Origin: Fimbriimonadia bacterium | Lineage (GTDB): Bacteria > Armatimonadota > Fimbriimonadia > Fimbriimonadales > JABRVX01 | Direction of reading: 5' to 3' | NCBI GenBank assembly: GCA_041483895.1 | Contig: JBGPGO010000004.1 | Span: 160,001-224,000 of the forward strand | DNA length: 64,000 bases | Part shown: in pieces, positions 58,296 to 64,000 of the stretch | How the letters are laid out: the number at the start of each line of letters is the position of its first letter | How positions within the stretch are numbered: position 1 is the first letter of the stretch | Program-made: the position numbers and the translations under genes | The notes under the pieces: model-generated | What the model was told of the DNA's origin: nothing | Seen by the model: the letters and a program-made list of their open reading frames with translations, nothing else | Databases searched by the model: none

Positions 58296-58583
58296 ATGTA
58301 TCTTGTGGTTTCAAAGTGGCGGGCTAAGCCCGGCAAAGAGGATCAGTTCAAACAGGTTCGCGTGACGATGCGCGAAGCAATGCGAAGCCAACCTGGTGTA
58401 AAGATGATTGAGGGGTTTGAGGCCGGGGACTATTCGGTCGCGGTCCATGCCTATGAGGACAAGATGACGTACGATCGCATCGTCCAAGACCCGAACGGTC
58501 CGTTCAGCAAAGCTCTCGCGCAGCATGGGATGGAAGATGTCGCCGAGTGGCTCGGTTCCGATAAGGGAGAGACGATAGATTAG
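58296..58583 (+). CDS. ABM domain protein, tandem paralog
   Basis: MYLVVSKWRAKPGKEDQF...; colinear with 57983..58273; AAGGAG RBS. Confidence 0.75.
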   Translation: MYLVVSKWRAKPGKEDQFKQVRVTMREAMRSQPGVKMIEGFEAGDYSVAVHAYEDKMTYDRIVQDPNGPFSKALAQHGMEDVAEWLGSDKGETID

Positions 58584-58586
58584 CCT

Positions 58587-59024
58587 ATGGCTGATTTCAT
58601 TCCCATCTCTGTTTCACGCCACATCGACGCTTTACCGGAGAAGGTCTACGACGCCTGGCTCGATCCTTCTTGCGCACGCACATGGCTGTTTGCAACGCCG
58701 GAAGGCGACATGGTCGTTGCCGAAGTGGATGCTCGCGTTGGCGGGAAGTTTCAGTTTGTCGATCGGCGGGATGGGGAAGACGTGCTGCATACCGGCGAGT
58801 ACCTGGAGATCGACCGGCCTCGCCGGCTTGCGTTCACCTTCGGCGTGCCTCAGTATTCCGATGCGTTTGATCCGGTAACGATTGACATCGCCCGGGAGGG
58901 CGACGGCTGCATGGTCACGCTGACACACGAGATGAATGCTGATGCGGCCGAGTGGACGGAGAGAACGCGTGAGGGTTGGGGGATGATTCTGGCCGGTCTT
59001 GCCGCGGAGATCGAGAAAGGTTAA
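58587..59024 (+). CDS. SRPBCC/AHSA1 domain protein
   Basis: PEKVYDAW.DP...DARVGG...GEYLEIDRP.RLAFT...GW..IL..L. Confidence 0.9.
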   Translation: MADFIPISVSRHIDALPEKVYDAWLDPSCARTWLFATPEGDMVVAEVDARVGGKFQFVDRRDGEDVLHTGEYLEIDRPRRLAFTFGVPQYSDAFDPVTIDIAREGDGCMVTLTHEMNADAAEWTERTREGWGMILAGLAAEIEKG

Positions 59025-59029
59025 GTTGT

Positions 59030-59121
59030 TTCATTGACGATCGCATTGGGCTAATAGGTTTTCATTGACGATCGCATCGTCAAGAAATGCCTCAGATTGA
59101 CGATGCGATCGTCAATGAAAA
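59030..59121. repeat. TTGACGATCGCATCGTCAA palindrome cluster: one partial copy plus a 25-bp perfect inverted pair
   Basis: TTTTCATTGACGATCGCATCGTCAA (59059-59083) / TTGACGATGCGATCGTCAATGAAAA (59097-59121); partial copy at 59030-59046. Confidence 0.8.
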
Positions 59122-59176
59122 ATCCCCTTCACAGTGCGACTGTGAAGGGAAAGACTGACCTGGAGGGAGGGCTGAC

Positions 59177-60142
59177 TTGGACAAACTGAACTGGGGAATT
59201 CTGGGGACGGGCGCCATCGCGAAGAAGTTTGCGGAAGGGATGCGTGCGTGCGACAATGGCAACCTGGTCGCCGTCGGGTCGCGCAGCATCGACACCGCGA
59301 AAGCCTTTACCGATGAGCACGGTGGCAAGCCGCATGGATCCTATGAGGACGTGCTGGGCGATCCCAACATGCAAGCCGTGTACATCGCCCTGCCCCACCA
59401 CATGCACGCGGAATACACGATCAAATGCGCGCGGGCGGGAAAGCATATTCTGTGCGAAAAGCCGTTCACCCTCAACGCCAAGGATGCCGTGCGAGCGATT
59501 GCGGCGGTGCGGGAGGCGGGAGTGTTCTTCATGGAGGCCTGGATGTACCGCTCGCACCCGCAGACGCTAAAGGTGATGGAGCTGATCGAGGACGGGGCTA
59601 TCGGAGAGCCCAGGGTGGTGCATGCCGAGTTCGGGTATGCCTCATCGCGGGATTGGCAGCATTTCAAGGTGGATGCGCGGGTGGGCGGCGGCGGACTGAT
59701 GGATGTTGGCTCGTACCCCGTTTCATTCAGCCGGCTGGTTGCAGGTGTGGAGCCGACGGTGTGCGAGTACACGTGCGCCTTCGTACGGGGTTATGATGGG
59801 CACGGGGTTGGGATATTGGAGTTTCCCGGCGAACTGCGGGCCTCGTTTGGGACGGCGGTTCACGTCAATCTGGCGAATACGGCGACGGTGTTTGGTGATA
59901 CCGGCCGGATCCACCTCCCCAGCCCTTGGTTTTGCGGCGGGCCGATCCTTTTGAACGACAAAGAGGTGCCGTTCGAGACAGTGCCCGATCTGTGGGGCAA
60001 CCAGGCGGGAATCGTGGCGAAGTACCTGGACGAGAAGCAGTCCCCGATGATGACCTGGGACGACACGCTGGGCAACATGCGGACGCTGGACGCGCTCCGC
60101 GCCAGCGCGGGACTGGTGTTTGGGGAAGAGGCGAAAGCATGA
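59177..60142 (+). CDS. Gfo/Idh/MocA oxidoreductase
   Basis: WGILGTGAIA, YIALPH..H, GKHILCEKP, GGGGLMDVG.Y; GGAGG RBS before TTG. Confidence 0.93.
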   Translation: MDKLNWGILGTGAIAKKFAEGMRACDNGNLVAVGSRSIDTAKAFTDEHGGKPHGSYEDVLGDPNMQAVYIALPHHMHAEYTIKCARAGKHILCEKPFTLNAKDAVRAIAAVREAGVFFMEAWMYRSHPQTLKVMELIEDGAIGEPRVVHAEFGYASSRDWQHFKVDARVGGGGLMDVGSYPVSFSRLVAGVEPTVCEYTCAFVRGYDGHGVGILEFPGELRASFGTAVHVNLANTATVFGDTGRIHLPSPWFCGGPILLNDKEVPFETVPDLWGNQAGIVAKYLDEKQSPMMTWDDTLGNMRTLDALRASAGLVFGEEAKA

Positions 60143-60936
60143 GGGTTGCCGCCTCACTCGCAATCTGTTGCATAGGAATATCCGGGTGCGGCAGACCGCA
60201 TGCTCCGTCGGTGAGGAAATTCACACTGACGACAGGAGGTACAGTGGAATTAGCTGCCGTTTCGCACCCTGGCTCCAAAACATCCTGGAATGGTGGCGGA
60301 AAGCGACTCCCTTCGTATATAAATACTAATGTCACTCAGATGCTCGAAGCATTCTCCGGACTTCCAGGAGCTACCGGTAGCTTTTGGGAAAAGAATCGAA
60401 TTATCACGCTGAGATTGCATCCTGCAACACTTGGTGAACCGAGCGTTGTTTGGAATGCTTCCGGCGGCAGCGGCTCGTCAGGCGTCGAACCAATCCGAAC
60501 TGGCGATCCAAGATCGGACTACCTCGCAAGCAACCTTTGCAACTTCAAATTAGGCACGCAGTCTGCAAATTTTGATGTTGGTGTTGCGGATGGCAAGTGG
60601 AAGGTTGTAGCAAAAGCCAATATATCCAAGGGATCGATAACCCGAACTTCGGGATTGTCAATGATAGTGTCAGTATCAGAAAAACCAAATACACGCGGTC
60701 AAGATCATGTATGTGACGTCGAAATTCCCACGCGGATGGCAGATCGAAGCGAAGCGCTGTCCGTCGTCGCTTATGATCAAACTGAGAAACCGATGCGGTC
60801 GGCAGGCAGTTGGGGTGGGCCATCGATGTCCCATTACTTCTTTATGGGAAGCGTAAATGATGTATCCCGCGTCGAAGTTCGTACTCGACCATATCAGTGG
60901 ATAACATTCAAAGACGTTAGGATGAATCCAAATTGA
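60139..60936 (+). CDS. Hypothetical lipoprotein (lower GC than neighbours)
   Basis: MRVAASLAICCIGISGC lipobox; 4-bp overlaps with both neighbouring genes. Confidence 0.7.
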   Translation: MRVAASLAICCIGISGCGRPHAPSVRKFTLTTGGTVELAAVSHPGSKTSWNGGGKRLPSYINTNVTQMLEAFSGLPGATGSFWEKNRIITLRLHPATLGEPSVVWNASGGSGSSGVEPIRTGDPRSDYLASNLCNFKLGTQSANFDVGVADGKWKVVAKANISKGSITRTSGLSMIVSVSEKPNTRGQDHVCDVEIPTRMADRSEALSVVAYDQTEKPMRSAGSWGGPSMSHYFFMGSVNDVSRVEVRTRPYQWITFKDVRMNPN

Positions 60937-61838
60937 AATACGGCCACGTCCATGGACTCGATAAACCGATCTCTAAGATCGTCCTCGGCAGCACGCTGCT
61001 GTCAACCGACCGGCTGGACGAGAGCTTCGCCATCCTCGACACCTACTTCGAGCTGGGCGGCAATGCAGTGGACACCGCCCACTGTTACGGCCCAAAGACC
61101 AGCGGCGCGCTGGGGCAGTGGATGGAGGCGCGGGGCGTGCGGGACAAGATGGTGCTGTACGACAAGGGCTGCCATCCATACGGCGAGGAGCGGCTGACGG
61201 TCGCGTGCCTGCGCTCGGATCTGGCGGAGAACTTGGAGCGGCTGCGGACGGACCATGTGGATGTGTGGGTGTTCCATCGCGATGATCCGACGCAGCCATT
61301 GGCGCCGATCATCCAAGAACTCAACGATCAAAAGGCGAAGGGGACGATGCAGGCGTTCGGCGGCTCTAATTGGAGCATTTCGCGTGTCGAGGAGGCAAAC
61401 CGGGTGGCGGCGGAGTTGGGTATGCAGGGCTTTTCGCTCAACAACCCCAACCTATCTTTGGCGACGGTGAACGAGCCGATGTGGGCGGGTTGCGTGACGA
61501 TTGACAAGGCTGGCCGCGATTGGCACGAGCGGACGCAGTTCCCGCTTTTCGCGTGGTCCTCCATGGGCGGCGGGTTCTTCGCGGGAGTGGAGACGCCGGA
61601 CGTGATGCGCGTGTATGCCAACGAGGAAAACTATCGGCGGAAGGCGCGGCTGGAGGAACTCGCTCGCAAAAAGGGCGTCCATCCTGCCCCACTCGCGCTC
61701 GCGTGGACCCTGCACCAACCGTTCCCGGTCTTCGCCCTCTGCGGCTGCGCCAACCCAGAGGAGGTCCGCGGCGTGGTTTCGTCGCTGGGGATCGAAATGA
61801 CCGACGAGGAGTCGCGGTGGTTGGAATTCGGCGAGTAG
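60933..61838 (+). CDS. Aldo/keto reductase
   Basis: GGNAVDTAHCY, KG.HP, LERL.TDHVD...HRDD, GGSNW, AWS. Confidence 0.93.
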   Translation: MKYGHVHGLDKPISKIVLGSTLLSTDRLDESFAILDTYFELGGNAVDTAHCYGPKTSGALGQWMEARGVRDKMVLYDKGCHPYGEERLTVACLRSDLAENLERLRTDHVDVWVFHRDDPTQPLAPIIQELNDQKAKGTMQAFGGSNWSISRVEEANRVAAELGMQGFSLNNPNLSLATVNEPMWAGCVTIDKAGRDWHERTQFPLFAWSSMGGGFFAGVETPDVMRVYANEENYRRKARLEELARKKGVHPAPLALAWTLHQPFPVFALCGCANPEEVRGVVSSLGIEMTDEESRWLEFGE

Positions 61839-62722
61839 CCGACCAGTTTGGCCGTGCGTTTTTTCACTGTCGCCAAGGTCGTCACCTTGCCCGAAGACGT
61901 AATCGATTTTAGAATCGGATCATCTCGTTCCCAGTCCAGAACATAGATCGACCCGTTCGGACCCATCGCCACGCCGGCAGGCTCGGAAAAGCCGGTCGCA
62001 ACGGTGGTGACCGCGCCCTTCGGCGTCACCTTCTTGATCAGCCGATCCTGATCGTCGGCGACATAGAGGTTGCCCGCCGCGTCAAACACCATGCCGCGCG
62101 CGCCGCGAAAACCTGAGGCGAATGTCGTGACGGTTCTGTCCATCGCCACCTTCCGAATCGTGGTGTCGTTATCGGCCAGGTAGAGCGATCTGTCCTTGCC
62201 CCAGACGAAGTTGCTGCCGTGCAGACTCGCGAACTGGGCCGCCGTACCCTTGCCGTCCTTCTGGCCCCAGACGCCGCCGGCAAGAACCGTGACCTTGCCG
62301 GTCTTATCGACGCGGACAATCTCAGATCGCTTCCATTGCGTTTCTCGCCAGCCGATGATGTCCCCATTTGGCGCGATGGCAATCGGATCGCCGCCGTCGC
62401 CTAGCTGCATATCTTTCGGCTTTTTGCCGTAGGCCGCAACTTTGCCGGTGGAAGATATCCTGCAGACCTGCCCATCCCGATCCCCGCACGTCATCAGTTC
62501 ACCTTTGTAGATCATTAGGTGGTGTGGGACTTGGCCAAGCGATCCGGCGGCGTGAGCGAACTCCGTCACCTTCCCGTCCTTGTATCGCATAATCCGGTCG
62601 CGGATGCCATGGACGAAATACACCGCGCCGTCCTTCCTGACGACGATGCCGGTGCCGACATGTGCAGCAACCATATTAGAGAGTAAGACGGCAAGCAGCA
62701 GAAGCGCTTTGGTGCCAATCAT
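61631..62722 (-). CDS. Secreted NHL-repeat / SMP-30-like beta-propeller protein (3' end overlaps the AKR gene)
   Basis: Signal peptide; G.KDGKG.AAQF, LYLAD, GMVFDAAGNLYVAD, PAGVA.GPNG.IYV. Confidence 0.8.
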   Translation of the reverse strand: MIGTKALLLLAVLLSNMVAAHVGTGIVVRKDGAVYFVHGIRDRIMRYKDGKVTEFAHAAGSLGQVPHHLMIYKGELMTCGDRDGQVCRISSTGKVAAYGKKPKDMQLGDGGDPIAIAPNGDIIGWRETQWKRSEIVRVDKTGKVTVLAGGVWGQKDGKGTAAQFASLHGSNFVWGKDRSLYLADNDTTIRKVAMDRTVTTFASGFRGARGMVFDAAGNLYVADDQDRLIKKVTPKGAVTTVATGFSEPAGVAMGPNGSIYVLDWERDDPILKSITSSGKVTTLATVKKRTAKLVGYSPNSNHRDSSSVISIPSDETTPRTSSGLAQPQRAKTGNGWCRVHASASGAGWTPFLRASSSSRAFRR

Positions 62723-62759
62723 CAGCAGATCATACTTTAAGCAACGCTCGAAAGTTCCT

Positions 62760-63644
62760 CTATTGTTGAATGGCGCTGGCGAATCGGCGGTAAGCCACCT
62801 GTTGATGAAGCGCGATTTGCAATACCAGTGGTTGGAGATCGCCAGAGTCCGCACGCTCCAAAGTGTCTATGTACGTTGTCTTATCGTCCAACGGAATTAT
62901 CATGGGGAAAAACCCTCCGCGAATGAGGACCATCGAGGCAAGTGCCCGCGCGACACGACCGTTGCCATCCTGAAAAGGGTGTATTTGCGTTAATCGGTGG
63001 TGCAACCAGGCAGCCTCAACATCAGGCGGGACGTTCACCACAACGTGCTCGAGGTGCATGTCCACTAATCGTTCCATTTCGCTGGCAGTTTGCTCCGGTG
63101 GACAGTAATAAAAGGTAGTGCCGTTGCGCTTCGGATAATTTGGATGTTTCTTCCAATCGCCGCGCAACATCTCAACCACATGTTTTCGACCTTGCTGATC
63201 ATAAACGTCGGTAGTCGTTTGCCTACGTGTCATGGTAGCGTGGAGTTCTTTGATATAACTAGTCGAAAGGGGCCGTTCTTGCTTTACAAAAGTAAATACG
63301 CCTTCCAGCGCGGCCTCCTGGTCCTCTATTAGGGCAACCACATCTTCCGCAGATCTGCCAGACGCACCGCCTAAAGGAATGTTCGCGGCCCTTATGCCCT
63401 TATCTATGAGAGTTTCAGTTACTCCTCGTTCGAGAATATAGAGATTTTCTATCTGTCCCGTCTCAATAGCCCACTCTCGATTGAGACGCTCGAGGAAGCT
63501 TCGTTTTGCGTCTAGGTGTAAGTTTGATTGACGTGCTACCCATTCTTCACGCATCTGGTCGAGGCTGGCAACATGAAGCGCCAGCCAATTCCCTGGCAGA
63601 TCTTCTATTCCCGTATCGGGATGCCAAATGAATTGTTTTTCCAT
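62760..63644 (-). CDS. Fic family protein
   Basis: HPFQDGNGRVAR Fic motif; N-terminal TGQIEN matches the (S/T)xxxE(G/N) inhibitory motif. Confidence 0.92.
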   Translation of the reverse strand: MEKQFIWHPDTGIEDLPGNWLALHVASLDQMREEWVARQSNLHLDAKRSFLERLNREWAIETGQIENLYILERGVTETLIDKGIRAANIPLGGASGRSAEDVVALIEDQEAALEGVFTFVKQERPLSTSYIKELHATMTRRQTTTDVYDQQGRKHVVEMLRGDWKKHPNYPKRNGTTFYYCPPEQTASEMERLVDMHLEHVVVNVPPDVEAAWLHHRLTQIHPFQDGNGRVARALASMVLIRGGFFPMIIPLDDKTTYIDTLERADSGDLQPLVLQIALHQQVAYRRFASAIQQ

Positions 63645-63661
63645 GGCACAAATTCGAAATC

Positions 63662-64000
63662 CTAACCCGACAAAGCGTTTGCGCCACCGACGACCTCAAG
63701 GATCTCCTTGGTAATCGCCGCCTGCCGCACCTTGTTTGCATGCAGCTTCAGCTCCCGGATCATCTTGCCCGCGTTGTCCGTTGCCGAAGTCATTGCGGTC
63801 ATTCGCGAGCCATGCTCGCTGGCGGTAGACTCTAGAATGGCCTGATAGACCTGGGTAAGCAGATATCTGGGAAGCAGCTTCCCGAGAAGCTCGGTGGAGT
63901 TGGGTTCGAATTCGTAGGCAGCCGTCCGCGATTGCGATGGAGCGTCACCCGCCGACGCCGCAGGTGGCTCAATGGGAAGGATCTGCGTCCAGACCGGCAC
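63662..64000 (-). CDS. atpG: ATP synthase F1 gamma subunit, C-terminal part
   Basis: YEFEP...[16 protein letters not shown]...[19 protein letters not shown]. Confidence 0.97.
   Translation of the reverse strand: MPVWTQILPIEPPAASAGDAPSQSRTAAYEFEPNSTELLGKLLPRYLLTQVYQAILESTASEHGSRMTAMTSATDNAGKMIRELKLHANKVRQAAITKEILEVVGGANALSG

Overview
GC-rich bacterial chromosome segment. An Armatimonadota-like origin is inferred, not proven, from the PEP-CTERM protein, the dockerin-like C-terminal tails and the 'LLR'-tailed membrane proteins. Positions 1-10.3 kb are the right end of a decaying genomic island integrated at the 3' end of tRNA-Glu(CTC). It carries a Type I R-M operon (hsdM-hsdS-DUF4268 nuclease-hsdR), a truncated and frameshifted primase-polymerase/AAA helicase, and a large serine recombinase broken by an in-frame TGA. 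The remainder is core genes (prfB with +1 frameshift, panC, radC, rplJL with L10 leader, msrA, class I aldolase, folB, uvrC, atpG 3' end, tRNA-Leu, tRNA-Ser) interleaved with small accessory inserts: five toxin-antitoxin pairs, Fic, a DinD pseudogene, an Mrr-like nuclease/TPR/membrane cluster, and several REP-like palindrome families. The most unusual observations are: (i) an operon of an MshEN-like domain fused to a catalytically dead Ser/Thr kinase plus a FlhG/MinD homologue with a Lys-less Walker A; (ii) TA modules lying tail-to-tail with housekeeping genes, two of them next to orphan gene-tail fragments (folB, yjbQ); (iii) a REP doublet inside the open reading frame of a DNA methyltransferase; (iv) three Zn-ribbon/TM/HEAT-like proteins sharing an LLR-repeat tail. 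All family calls come from motif recognition by eye; no searches were run.
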